DNA of 62,988 bases, taken from Gammaproteobacteria bacterium (GTDB taxonomy: Bacteria; Pseudomonadota; Gammaproteobacteria; Steroidobacterales; JACDCP01). The notes under the pieces are model-generated. The model did no database searches and was not told the DNA's origin. It was given only the letters and a program-made list of their open reading frames with translations. A program made the position numbers and the translations under genes. Positions within the stretch are counted from its first letter, which is position 1; each line of letters opens with the position of its first letter. This document shows positions 1-8,999 of this stretch, piece by piece. The DNA is taken from positions 1 through 62,988 of the forward strand of contig JBOIDB010000068.1 in assembly GCA_050740235.1 (NCBI GenBank), read 5' to 3'.

Positions 1-26
1 CCTCCCCGGAGGGGCTTTCTTTTTTG
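1..26 (+). terminator. Probable intrinsic terminator of an upstream gene, truncated by the window edge
   Basis: CCTC-CCCG-GAGG hairpin followed by GGCTTTCTTTTTTT; the left part of the stem is cut off. Confidence 0.5.
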
Positions 27-104
27 AACTGGATCATGGTCCGGCAGGCTGAATTTCGCTATATTCGACGGGGTCTATCCGCACCATCCCAGATTGAGTC
101 CTAA

Positions 105-1829
105 ATGGCTGTAACGGCTATAAAATCTGCCTTGACAGGCCTGCCCCGAAGGCTGCTCGACGACGGCATCGTCGACGAGGCCACCCTGAAGGAGGCCGAG
201 GCCGCCGCCCGGCAGCGCAAGTCCACGCTGGTCGCGCACCTGATCGCCAACGATATGGCCAATGCGCGGGACGTAGCCATTGCCGCCTCCCACGAGTTCG
301 GCGTGCCGCTGCTCGACCTCGACGGCATCGACGTCGATATCGAGATCGTCCGGCTGGTCAGCGAGAAGCTGCTCGGCAAGCACCGGGTGCTGCCGCTCCT
401 GATGCGCGGCAAGCGGCTGTTCATCGCCGTCTCCGACCCGACCAATCTCTCCGCGCTCGACGAGATCAAGTTCGCGACGGGCATGAGCACCGATGCCGTG
501 GTCGTCGAGGAGGACAAGCTCGAGCGGCAGGTGACCAAGGCGCTCGAGGCGCTCGACACCTCGATGTCGACGTTTTCGAGCAGCGACGATTTCGACCTGG
601 ACTCGCTCGTGGTCACCGGGGGAGACGACGAGCTCTCCGACGACATCACGCGCGACGACATCGAGGATGCGCCGGTCGTCCGCTTCGTCAACAAGATCCT
701 GCTCGACGCGATCAAGAGAGGCGCGTCGGACATCCATTTCGAGCCGTACGAGAAGACCTTCCGCGTGCGCACGCGCCTCGACGGCGTGCTCAAGGAGGTC
801 GCGCTGCCGCCATCGGCGCTCGCGACCAAGGTCGCCGCGCGCCTCAAGGTGATGTCGCGGCTCGACATCGCGGAGCGCCGCGTGCCGCAGGACGGCCGCA
901 TCAAGATGCGCCTGTCGAAGAACCGCGCGATCGACTTCCGCGTCAATACCTGCCCGACGCTGTTCGGCGAAAAGATCGTGCTGCGCATCCTCGACGCGAG
1001 CAGCGCGAAGCTCGGCATCGACGCGCTCGGCTACGAGAGCTTCCAGAAGCAGCTCTATCTCGACGCGCTCGCCAAGCCTTACGGCATGATCCTCGTGACC
1101 GGCCCGACCGGCAGCGGCAAGACCGTGTCGCTGTATACGGGCCTCAACATCCTGAACACCGAGGACCGCAACATCTCGACCGCCGAGGATCCTGCGGAAA
1201 TCATGCTGCCGGGCATCAACCAGGTGAACGTCAATCCGAAGGTCGGCCTGACGTTCGCCTCCGCCCTGCGCGCCTTTCTGCGCCAGGACCCGGACATCAT
1301 CATGGTCGGCGAGATCCGCGACCTCGAGACGGCCGAGATCGCCATCAAGGCGGCGCAGACGGGTCACCTCGTCCTCTCCACGCTGCACACCAACGACGCG
1401 CCGCGCACCCTGACGCGCATGGTGGACATGGGGGTGAAGCCCTATGCGATCGCCAGCTCGGTGAGCATCATCATCGCGCAGCGGCTTGCCCGGCGGCTGT
1501 GCAGCAATTGCAAGGAGACCAAGAACATCCCGTCCGAAGCCCTGCTGCAGGAAGGCTTTACGACCGAGGACATCGAGGGCGGCCTGACGGTGCTCGGCCC
1601 GGTCGGCTGCAGCCAGTGCGTCGACGGCTACAAAGGCCGCGTGGGCATCTACCAGGTCATGCCGGTCAGCGAAGAGATGGGGCGCATCATCATGGAGGGT
1701 GGCAACGCCATGCAGATCAACGATCAGGCGAGCCGCGAGGGGGTCTGGGATCTGCGGCGCGCGGGTCTGCAGAAGATCAGGGACGGCGTCACGAGCCTCG
1801 AGGAGATCAACCGGGTCACCGTCGAGTAG
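105..1829 (+). CDS. pilB: Type IV-A pilus assembly ATPase PilB
   Basis: 574 aa; Walker A GPTGSGKT, TAEDPAE, LRQDPD..MVGEIRD, STLHTND, Cys-rich RRLCSNC...CSQC; upstream of pilC/pilD. Confidence 0.97.
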   Translation: MAVTAIKSALTGLPRRLLDDGIVDEATLKEAEAAARQRKSTLVAHLIANDMANARDVAIAASHEFGVPLLDLDGIDVDIEIVRLVSEKLLGKHRVLPLLMRGKRLFIAVSDPTNLSALDEIKFATGMSTDAVVVEEDKLERQVTKALEALDTSMSTFSSSDDFDLDSLVVTGGDDELSDDITRDDIEDAPVVRFVNKILLDAIKRGASDIHFEPYEKTFRVRTRLDGVLKEVALPPSALATKVAARLKVMSRLDIAERRVPQDGRIKMRLSKNRAIDFRVNTCPTLFGEKIVLRILDASSAKLGIDALGYESFQKQLYLDALAKPYGMILVTGPTGSGKTVSLYTGLNILNTEDRNISTAEDPAEIMLPGINQVNVNPKVGLTFASALRAFLRQDPDIIMVGEIRDLETAEIAIKAAQTGHLVLSTLHTNDAPRTLTRMVDMGVKPYAIASSVSIIIAQRLARRLCSNCKETKNIPSEALLQEGFTTEDIEGGLTVLGPVGCSQCVDGYKGRVGIYQVMPVSEEMGRIIMEGGNAMQINDQASREGVWDLRRAGLQKIRDGVTSLEEINRVTVE

Positions 1830-1853
1830 TCGACCTTTTGGGGGGTAGCGGCC

Positions 1854-3074
1854 ATGGCCGGAACCGCAGTAGCAATCAAAGAGATTCCGTTCACCTGGGA
1901 AGGCACCGACACGCGGGGCAACCGCGTCAAGGGCAAGAGCCTGGCCGCGAGCGAAGCGGCCGTGCGCACCGAGCTGCGCCGCCAGGGCGTAGTGCCCGCG
2001 CGCATCCGCAAGCAATCGACGCTGTTCGCGAAGAAGGGCAAGGTCAAGCCGGCCGATATCGCCATCTTCAGCCGCCAGCTCGCGACCATGCTGACGGCCG
2101 GCATTCCGCTGGTGCAGGCCTTCGAGATTATCGGCAACGGCCACGAAAACCCGGCCGTGCAGAAGCTCGTGCTGGCCATCAAGGCAGATGTCGAAGGCGG
2201 CACGGCTCTCGCCGATGCCCTGTCGAAGCATCCGCTGTATTTCGACGATCTGTTCATCAACCTCGTCGAGGCCGGCGAGCAGGCCGGCGCGCTGGAAACG
2301 CTGCTCGACAAGATCGCAACCTACAAGGAGAAGACCGAGGCCATCAAGAAGAAGATCAAGAAGGCGCTGTTCTATCCGGCGGCCGTCATGGTCGTCGCTG
2401 TGGTCGTGACGCTCATTCTGTTGCTGTTCGTCATTCCCCAGTTCGAGAGCCTGTTCCAGGGCTTCGGCGCGGATCTGCCGGGCTTCACGCGAATGGTCAT
2501 CGACCTGTCGATATTCGTGCAGGAAAAGGGCTGGATCCTGCTGATTCTCACGGTCGGCGCTGTTGCCGCCTTCATTTACACGAAGAAGCGATCGCGCAGA
2601 ATGCGGCATTTCCTCGACCGCATGGCACTCAAGATGCCGATCGTCGGCCCCATCCTGAACAAGGCCGCGATCGCGCGCTACGCGCGCACGCTGTCGACGA
2701 TGTTCAGTGCCGGCGTGCCGCTCGTCGAAGCGCTGCAGTCCGTCGCCGGCGCGACAGGCAACATCGTCTACGAGGTGGGTGTGCTGCGCATACGCGACGA
2801 AGTGTCGACCGGCCAGCGCCTGCAGCGCGCGATGGAGAACACGGGACTGTTCCCGAACATGGTCGTGCAGATGATCGCGGTCGGCGAGGAATCCGGCTCG
2901 CTCGACGAAATGTCGGGCAAGGTCGCGGACTTCTACGAGGAGGACGTCGACAACGCCGTGGACAGCATGAGCTCGCTGCTCGAGCCGCTCATCATGGCCA
3001 TCCTGGGCGTGCTGGTCGGCGGCCTCGTGATCGCCATGTACCTGCCGATCTTCAAGCTGGGCGCCGTCGTATAG
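1854..3074 (+). CDS. pilC: Type IV pilus platform protein PilC (T2SS-F family)
   Basis: 406 aa; FSRQLATMLTAGIPL, GEQAGAL, GEESGSLD, C-terminal MYLPIF. Confidence 0.96.
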   Translation: MAGTAVAIKEIPFTWEGTDTRGNRVKGKSLAASEAAVRTELRRQGVVPARIRKQSTLFAKKGKVKPADIAIFSRQLATMLTAGIPLVQAFEIIGNGHENPAVQKLVLAIKADVEGGTALADALSKHPLYFDDLFINLVEAGEQAGALETLLDKIATYKEKTEAIKKKIKKALFYPAAVMVVAVVVTLILLLFVIPQFESLFQGFGADLPGFTRMVIDLSIFVQEKGWILLILTVGAVAAFIYTKKRSRRMRHFLDRMALKMPIVGPILNKAAIARYARTLSTMFSAGVPLVEALQSVAGATGNIVYEVGVLRIRDEVSTGQRLQRAMENTGLFPNMVVQMIAVGEESGSLDEMSGKVADFYEEDVDNAVDSMSSLLEPLIMAILGVLVGGLVIAMYLPIFKLGAVV

Positions 3075-3095
3075 GAACCTGCGGCACGATTCGTC

Positions 3096-3121
3096 AGATC
3101 CCGGCTTTCTGCCGGGACAAC
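3096..3121. repeat. Degenerate copy of the CGTC-type palindrome seen at 39464-39491
   Basis: CCCGGC-TTTCT-GCCGGG hairpin (3100-3116) in the context AGAT...ACAAC, similar to GGATTCCGGC-TTTC-GCCGGAACGAC. Confidence 0.4.
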
Positions 3122-3204
3122 GAGTCCGCTGCGATTACGCGGGCACGACGAAACACTGGCGAGAAGGGCCCCGTGACCTGCTCGAATATGCGAACCGGTG
3201 ATTC

Positions 3205-4098
3205 GTGACGGTCGCGGCCCTTTTTTCCGCCAGCCCCGCCGCATTCATTGCGATCATATTCGTGCTCGGCCTGCTGGTCGGCAGCTTCCTCAACGTGGTC
3301 ATCCATCGGCTGCCGATCATGATGGAGCGCGTCTGGCGCGAGCATTGCGCCGAGCTGCTCGGCCAGCACGAGCCGGCAGCCGCCGGGAGATTCAATCTCG
3401 TCACGCCGCGCTCCGTCTGCCCGGCCTGCGGCGCGCCGATCCGCGCCTGGCAGAACATCCCGATCGTGAGCTGGCTCATGCTCAAGGGACGCTGCGCCGC
3501 CTGCGGCGAGCGCATTTCGCTGCGCTATCCGGCCGTCGAGCTGCTCACGGCGATGGCCTCCGCGGCCGTCGCCTGGCGCTTCGGCTTCGGCTGGGAAACC
3601 GCGGCTGCGCTCGTGCTCACCTGGGCGCTCATCGCGGCAAGCGCCATCGATATCGACCGCCAGCTCCTGCCCGACTCGATCACGCTGCCGCTGCTCTGGC
3701 TCGGCCTGATCCTGAGCCTGTTCCACGGCCAGGTCGCTGCCACGGCGCTGTTTATCGACCCGAAGAGCAGCATCATCGGCGCGATCGCCGGCTACCTGAG
3801 CTTGTGGAGCGTCTATCAGGCCTTCAAGCTGCTGACCGGCCGCGAAGGCATGGGCTACGGCGACTTCAAGCTGCTCGCCGCGCTCGGCGCGTGGCTCGGC
3901 TGGCAGATGCTGCCGCTGGTCGTCCTGGCGTCGGCGTTCGTCGGCGCCGTGGTCGGTCTGTCATTGATCGCATTCGCCGGACGCGGACGTCACGTGCCGA
4001 TACCGTTCGGCCCCTATCTCGCGGCCGCCGGCTGGATCGCGATGCTCCGGGGCGAGTCGATCGTCGGCGCGTACCTGCGCGCCAGCGGACTCGGCTGA
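3205..4098 (+). CDS. pilD: Prepilin peptidase / N-methyltransferase PilD (A24)
   Basis: GTG start; GSFLNVVIHRLP, RSVCPAC, GRCAAC, IDIDRQLLPD, GMGYGDFKL, PFGPYLA. Confidence 0.96.
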   Translation: MTVAALFSASPAAFIAIIFVLGLLVGSFLNVVIHRLPIMMERVWREHCAELLGQHEPAAAGRFNLVTPRSVCPACGAPIRAWQNIPIVSWLMLKGRCAACGERISLRYPAVELLTAMASAAVAWRFGFGWETAAALVLTWALIAASAIDIDRQLLPDSITLPLLWLGLILSLFHGQVAATALFIDPKSSIIGAIAGYLSLWSVYQAFKLLTGREGMGYGDFKLLAALGAWLGWQMLPLVVLASAFVGAVVGLSLIAFAGRGRHVPIPFGPYLAAAGWIAMLRGESIVGAYLRASGLG

Positions 4099-4102
4099 GC
4101 TC

Positions 4103-4741
4103 ATGGCGGACCCTGTGGCGGGTGGAACGCCGATGCGGGTGGGGCTCACCGGCGGCATCACCTGCGGCAAGTCCCTCGTCGCCGACGCCTTCGCGGCTCA
4201 CGGCGTACCGGTCATCGATACGGACTTCATCGCGCGGGAGGTCGTGCATCCCGGCAGTCCGGCGCTCGCGCGCATCGTCGGCGAATTCGGCGACGGGATA
4301 CTCGACGACGCCGGTGCGCTGGATCGCGGCAGGCTGCGCGCGCGCGTGTTCGACGTTCCGGCGGACAGGCTCAGGCTCGAAGCGATCTTGCACCCCGCGA
4401 TCATCGAGGAGATGAATCGACGCGCCGCGGACGTGCGCGCGCCCTACGTCGTGCTGGTCATTCCGCTGCTCGTCGAAACCGGCTACGACACCGAGGTCGA
4501 CCGCGTGCTCGTCGTCGACTGCACCGAGGATGCGCAGATCGAGCGTCTCATGACGCGTGACGGCGAAAGCGAGGCCGGCGCGCGTCGTATCCTCGCCGCA
4601 CAGGTATCGCGTGAAGATCGCCTCGCGGCGGCGGACGATATCATTGATAATTCCGGCAGCAAGGAAATGGCGCGCGCCGCGGTGGCGCTGCTCCACGAGC
4701 GTTACCTCGAGCTGGCCCGTTTGCCCAATCCATCCGGGTGA
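4103..4741 (+). CDS. coaE: Dephospho-CoA kinase
   Basis: VGLTGGITCGKS P-loop, DTDFIAREVV, LEAILHP; conserved position after pilD; start may be the later ATG (MRVGLTGG). Confidence 0.95.
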   Translation: MADPVAGGTPMRVGLTGGITCGKSLVADAFAAHGVPVIDTDFIAREVVHPGSPALARIVGEFGDGILDDAGALDRGRLRARVFDVPADRLRLEAILHPAIIEEMNRRAADVRAPYVVLVIPLLVETGYDTEVDRVLVVDCTEDAQIERLMTRDGESEAGARRILAAQVSREDRLAAADDIIDNSGSKEMARAAVALLHERYLELARLPNPSG

Positions 4742-4767
4742 GCGAAAATGCCCGCGAGCAAGGAGCC

Positions 4768-5571
4768 ATGGTCAAGACGGTCAGCAACGTATCGCAACGC
4801 AGTCAGACCGAGGAGCTGATCGTCTACGAGCAGCCGCTCGGCGAGCGCATGCGCACGTTCCTGCGCCTCGATTTCCTGCACCGCCAGGCGCTGCACCACC
4901 TCGAAGGGTCTTCGGGGTGGAGCACCCGGGCCGCGGTTCAGAGCCTGATCGATATCATGGCCATCCTCAACCGCGGCGACGTGCGCGGCGAAGTGCTCAA
5001 GGAGCTGGAGCGGCAGGCGGCCGGGCTCGACGCGTTCCGTTCCCGGTCCAGTGTCGATACGGCGCGGCTCAACACGTTGCTCGCGAACATCAGCTCGCTG
5101 CGCGACGCGCTGAATGCCGCCGGGCCCCAGTTCATCCAGCCGCTCAAGGAATCGGAGTTCCTGAACGCCGTCCGGCACCGCAGCGCCATCCCCGGCGGCA
5201 CGTGCGTATTCGACCTGCCGGAATACAACCATTGGCTGAACCGTCCCGCGCAGGAGCGCCGCCGGGATTTCCAGACCTGGATGACTACGCTGCGCCCCTT
5301 GAGCGAAGCGGTCGCCGAGCTTCTCTGGCTCACGCGCGAGGGCGCGCGGCCGCGCGAGGAAGTCGCCTATCGAGGCATGTACCAGCTCGCGCTGCCGGGC
5401 GGCGACGCCACGAGCCTGCTGCGCATCGCGCTGCCGATATCGAGCGACGTCTATCCCGAGATCAGCGGTAGCCAGCACCGCTTCACGGTGCGTTTCATGA
5501 GCTGGTCCGACGCGCTCGAACGCCCGGCCGCAAGCACCGCCGACACGCGCTTCCTGTTGAGTTGCTGCTGA
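4768..5571 (+). CDS. zapD: Cell division protein ZapD
   Basis: [38 protein letters not shown]; ATG 4768 preceded by AGGAG; coaE-zapD-yacG synteny. Confidence 0.93.
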   Translation: MVKTVSNVSQRSQTEELIVYEQPLGERMRTFLRLDFLHRQALHHLEGSSGWSTRAAVQSLIDIMAILNRGDVRGEVLKELERQAAGLDAFRSRSSVDTARLNTLLANISSLRDALNAAGPQFIQPLKESEFLNAVRHRSAIPGGTCVFDLPEYNHWLNRPAQERRRDFQTWMTTLRPLSEAVAELLWLTREGARPREEVAYRGMYQLALPGGDATSLLRIALPISSDVYPEISGSQHRFTVRFMSWSDALERPAASTADTRFLLSCC

Positions 5572-5756
5572 GCTCGAAGGCCGTCAACTGTCCGACTTGC
5601 GGGCGTCCGGTCGAATGGTCGGAAGCTTCGCCGTGGCGGCCGTTCTGCAGCGAGCGCTGCCGGCTCATCGACCTCGGCGCCTGGTTCAGCGAGGAACGCG
5701 GCATCCCCGGCGAAGAGCCGACTCCGGATTCGGACGAGGAAAGTGACGATCGATGA
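5562..5756 (+). CDS. yacG: DNA gyrase inhibitor YacG
   Basis: 64 aa; CPTC...[16 protein letters not shown] zinc finger; TTG start overlapping the zapD end. Confidence 0.93.
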   Translation: MLLSSKAVNCPTCGRPVEWSEASPWRPFCSERCRLIDLGAWFSEERGIPGEEPTPDSDEESDDR

Positions 5757-8020
5757 TCGCACGTCGACTACGTTTCCTGTTCGTGTCGATCGGCGCGGTC
5801 TGCGCCTTGCCCGCTGTCGCCGCGGAGCTCGACATCGAACGCATCTTCGCCGAGCCCGCCCTCGACGGCCCGAGCCCGATCGAGCTCAAACTATCCGCCG
5901 ATGGCGGGCGGGTCACGTTTTTGCGCGGCAAGGCCAGCGATCGCAACCAGATGGATCTCTGGGCATTCGACGCCGCGACAGGACGCGGGCGCCTGCTCGT
6001 CGACTCGAAGGTTCTATCGCCCGGCGAGGAGCAGCTCTCCGACGAGGAGAAGGCGCGCCGCGAGCGCCAGCGCATCTCGGCGCGCCGCGGCATAGTCGAA
6101 TACTCGCTCTCCGACGACGGACGGGTGGTGCTGTTTCCGATCGGTGGCGACCTGTACGTCTACGATCTCGGCAAGCCCGAAAAATCGGCGGTGCGCCGCA
6201 TCACCGAAACCGAGCCGTTCGAGACGGATGCCCGCTTCTCGCCACATGCCCGCTACGTATCGTTCATCCGCGAGCAGGATCTGTACGTGTACGATTTGCG
6301 CGAGGGCAAGGAGACGCCACTCACGCGCGGCGGCGAAGGCGCAGCGAAGAACGGCATCGCCGGGTTCATCGCCCAGGAGGAGATGGATCGGGATACGGGG
6401 TACTGGTGGTCGCCCGACGAGCGCCATGTCGCGTTCGCGCGTGTCGACGAGTCGCCGGTCGATGTCGTGCGCCGGTTCGAGATCCATGCGGACAGCGTCG
6501 ACGTGGTCGAGCAGCGCTACCCGGCGGCCGGCACCGACAACGTCCGCATCAGCCTCGCAGTCGTGAACATCGAAGACGGCGGGACGCGCTGGATGGACCT
6601 GGGCGACGAGCAGGATATCTACCTGGCGCGCGTCGACTGGTTCCCCGACAGCCGCCATCTCGCGGTGCAGCGCCAGTCGCGCGATCAGCACCGGCTCGAG
6701 CTGCTCGCCTATGACATCGCCGACGGCGCCGCGTCGGTGCTGGTCACCGAGACCAGCGATACCTGGGTCGAGCTCGGGCACGAGCTGACTTTTCTCGAGC
6801 ATTCGGACCGGTTCATCTGGCCGTCCTCGCGCACAGGATACCGGCATCTCTATCTGTACGATTTCGACGGCGATCCGGTCCGGCCGCTGACCGCCGGCGA
6901 ATGGCAGATCGCCGGCGCGGAAGGGCCGCTGTTCGTCGACGAGTCGCAGGGTTTCGTCTATTTCACCGCGACGGAAGCGAGCCCGCTGGAACGGCATCTC
7001 TACCGCGCCGCGCTCGACACGCGCGATCCGGAGCATCCGGACAGGATCACGGAACGCCGCGGCTGGCACGAAGTCGGGATTGCAGAGGACGGCGGCGTTT
7101 ATATCGACACGTTTTCCTCACCGGACACGCCGCCGCAGGTGAGCCTGCACCGCCTCGACGGCTCGCGGATCGCGTGGATCGAGGAGAACCGGCTCGACGA
7201 GACGCATCCATACCATCCGTATCTCGCGGCGCACCGGCCGCGCGAATTCGGAACGATCGAGGCGGAAGACGGCACGACGCTGCACTATGAGATAACCAAA
7301 CCCGCGAATTTCGATCCGCAACGGCAATGCCCGGTCGTCATCGAGGTCTACGGAGGCCCGAGCGGCCAGCGCGTCACGCGAAGCTGGGGCGGTTACCCGC
7401 AGCCGACGGGCGGCTATTTCCGGCAGGTCCTGGCGCAGGACGGCTACGTCGTGTTCGCGCTGGACAATCGCGGCACGGGGTTTCGCGGCGTCGCGTTCGA
7501 CGAGCCGCTATACCGCCGCCTCGGCGACGTCGAAGTGCGCGATCAGCTCGCCGGCGTCGAATTTCTGAGATCGCTGCCGTTCGTCGATCCGGAACGCATC
7601 GGCGTATTCGGCTGGAGCTACGGCGGCTACATGGCCTTGATGATGCTCATGCGCACGCCCGAGGCCTTTGCCGCAGGCGCCTCGGGCGCGCCGGTGACGG
7701 ACTGGCGCCTGTACGACACGCACTACACCGAGCGGTATCTCGCGGACCCCGCGCGCAACGCTGCCGGCTACGTGGCGAGCAGCGTATTCCCCTATGCCGG
7801 CGAGTTGAGCGATCCGCTGCTGATCATCCACGGCATGGCCGACGACAACGTGCTGTTCACCCACAGCACGAAGCTGTTCGCTGCCCTGCAGTCCGCCGGC
7901 AAGCCGTTCGAGATGATGACCTATCCCGGCAGCAAGCACGGCTTGCTGCGGCACGACGAGGCCGGCGCGCACGCTTACCGGACGATCAAACGGTTTTTCG
8001 ACGCAAAGTTGCGGCCATGA
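5753..8020 (+). CDS. S9B family dipeptidyl peptidase IV-like serine peptidase, exported
   Basis: 755 aa; signal peptide, [14 protein letters not shown], nucleophile GWSYGGY, DDNV, KHG catalytic triad context; ATGA overlap with yacG. Confidence 0.92.
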   Translation: MIARRLRFLFVSIGAVCALPAVAAELDIERIFAEPALDGPSPIELKLSADGGRVTFLRGKASDRNQMDLWAFDAATGRGRLLVDSKVLSPGEEQLSDEEKARRERQRISARRGIVEYSLSDDGRVVLFPIGGDLYVYDLGKPEKSAVRRITETEPFETDARFSPHARYVSFIREQDLYVYDLREGKETPLTRGGEGAAKNGIAGFIAQEEMDRDTGYWWSPDERHVAFARVDESPVDVVRRFEIHADSVDVVEQRYPAAGTDNVRISLAVVNIEDGGTRWMDLGDEQDIYLARVDWFPDSRHLAVQRQSRDQHRLELLAYDIADGAASVLVTETSDTWVELGHELTFLEHSDRFIWPSSRTGYRHLYLYDFDGDPVRPLTAGEWQIAGAEGPLFVDESQGFVYFTATEASPLERHLYRAALDTRDPEHPDRITERRGWHEVGIAEDGGVYIDTFSSPDTPPQVSLHRLDGSRIAWIEENRLDETHPYHPYLAAHRPREFGTIEAEDGTTLHYEITKPANFDPQRQCPVVIEVYGGPSGQRVTRSWGGYPQPTGGYFRQVLAQDGYVVFALDNRGTGFRGVAFDEPLYRRLGDVEVRDQLAGVEFLRSLPFVDPERIGVFGWSYGGYMALMMLMRTPEAFAAGASGAPVTDWRLYDTHYTERYLADPARNAAGYVASSVFPYAGELSDPLLIIHGMADDNVLFTHSTKLFAALQSAGKPFEMMTYPGSKHGLLRHDEAGAHAYRTIKRFFDAKLRP

Positions 8021-8045
8021 ACCCTGCTCTCTCCCGCTCGGCCCA

Positions 8046-8120
8046 CTAGCAGGCTGATGACAAACTCTGTTCTTTATCAGCCTGCCAGGTGACGCAGGGA
8101 GGGATGCATCGTCCTGCTAG
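8046..8120. repeat. Nested inverted-repeat (MITE-like) remnant between convergent genes
   Basis: Inner 10-bp IR GCAGGCTGAT (8049-8058)/ATCAGCCTGC (8076-8085); outer 8-bp IR CTAGCAGG (8046-8053)/CCTGCTAG (8113-8120). Confidence 0.5.
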
Positions 8121-8881
8121 TTGTCCAGGGTGATCGAATGCTCCCGGTCGACGCGCACGAGCACTTCCTCGACCTCTCCGTACGATTCCGCAATCTGCAT
8201 CATCAGCTCGCCTGCCCGTTTTTCCCCGTAGGCTTCGGCAAGCGCCTCATCGAACGTCTTTTCCGGCTCGGCCATGTCGGCGAAGTTCCGGTAAGGCAGC
8301 ACAAGGGTCATCAGGTAGCCGCCGGCTCCGCTGATCAGGCGGTCGAACGAGTGCGGCTCATTCCAGCTCACCTTGACCAGGCCGTCGTGAACCATCTTCG
8401 CGGCCTCGTCGAATTGTCTTTCGAAGCCCGGCTTCACGTGATAGGTGAACGCCTGGAACAGTTCGAATTGCGTGTCCTCCGGCCAGAACTCGAGCGTCTC
8501 GACGGTCTGTGAAATCCAGCTCTCGTAGGACCCGACATACTGATCGACGGTACCGAACCAGTGCTCTTCGGCCTTGCGACCGTACTCCGCATAGGTATCG
8601 AAATCCGCGAGCGTGTGACCGTCCGACCGCACCCATACGCTGTACATCCTCTCTCCGGCCAGAGGCATGTACGTCATCCAGGTCCACGTCTCGCCGTTTT
8701 CACGGCGCCAGGCTATGTGCTGCGAGAACGCCTGCATGAAGTCGTTGTACATTCCCGGCTTGATATCGAAACGCCACATTTGCGCGTAATTGTCGGACGG
8801 ATCTTCCTGCGCGAATGCCGGTGATTGCATGAGAACCAGCGCGAGCGCCGCGAAACCGGCTCGGATTGCTTTGCTGTTCAT
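8117..8881 (-). CDS. Hypothetical secreted protein with two internally repeated halves
   Basis: 254 aa; good RBS (GGGAGG); signal peptide ending PAFA; halves begin WRFDIKPG..NDF.QA and FTYHVKPG..QF.EA. Confidence 0.85.
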   Translation of the reverse strand: MNSKAIRAGFAALALVLMQSPAFAQEDPSDNYAQMWRFDIKPGMYNDFMQAFSQHIAWRRENGETWTWMTYMPLAGERMYSVWVRSDGHTLADFDTYAEYGRKAEEHWFGTVDQYVGSYESWISQTVETLEFWPEDTQFELFQAFTYHVKPGFERQFDEAAKMVHDGLVKVSWNEPHSFDRLISGAGGYLMTLVLPYRNFADMAEPEKTFDEALAEAYGEKRAGELMMQIAESYGEVEEVLVRVDREHSITLDN

Positions 8882-8948
8882 CGATAGTTCCTCCCTTTAT
8901 GCTGCGCGCGAGAACGGCGACGCAGCGTTTGTTGTTCTGGCGGCAGGC

Positions 8949-8967
8949 TGCCGTCGACGGCACTATA
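8949..8967 (-). promoter_or_regulatory. Candidate -10 (TATAGT) with an adjacent 14-bp perfect palindrome upstream of the hypothetical gene
   Basis: ACTATA at 8962-8967 (TATAGT on minus); TGCCGTCGACGGCA at 8949-8962; no convincing -35. Confidence 0.3.
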
Positions 8968-8999
8968 CGCCGGACGCCAGCGCCTTGCTCCGGGCGTAT

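Noticed and set aside
40-62. Sigma54 (-24/-12) promoter upstream of pilB
   Set aside because: No GG-N10-GC spacing in the CCGGCAGG...TTTCGC region.
1826-1835. GTAG at other TAG stops (pilB, kdsD, lptB, gmhA) as REP tags
   Set aside because: G at the preceding third codon position is common in GC-rich genes and no family palindrome follows directly.
8021-8040. CCCTGCTCTCTCCCGC as a remnant of the murE-type palindrome
   Set aside because: Only a half-arm with weak similarity and no complementary arm.
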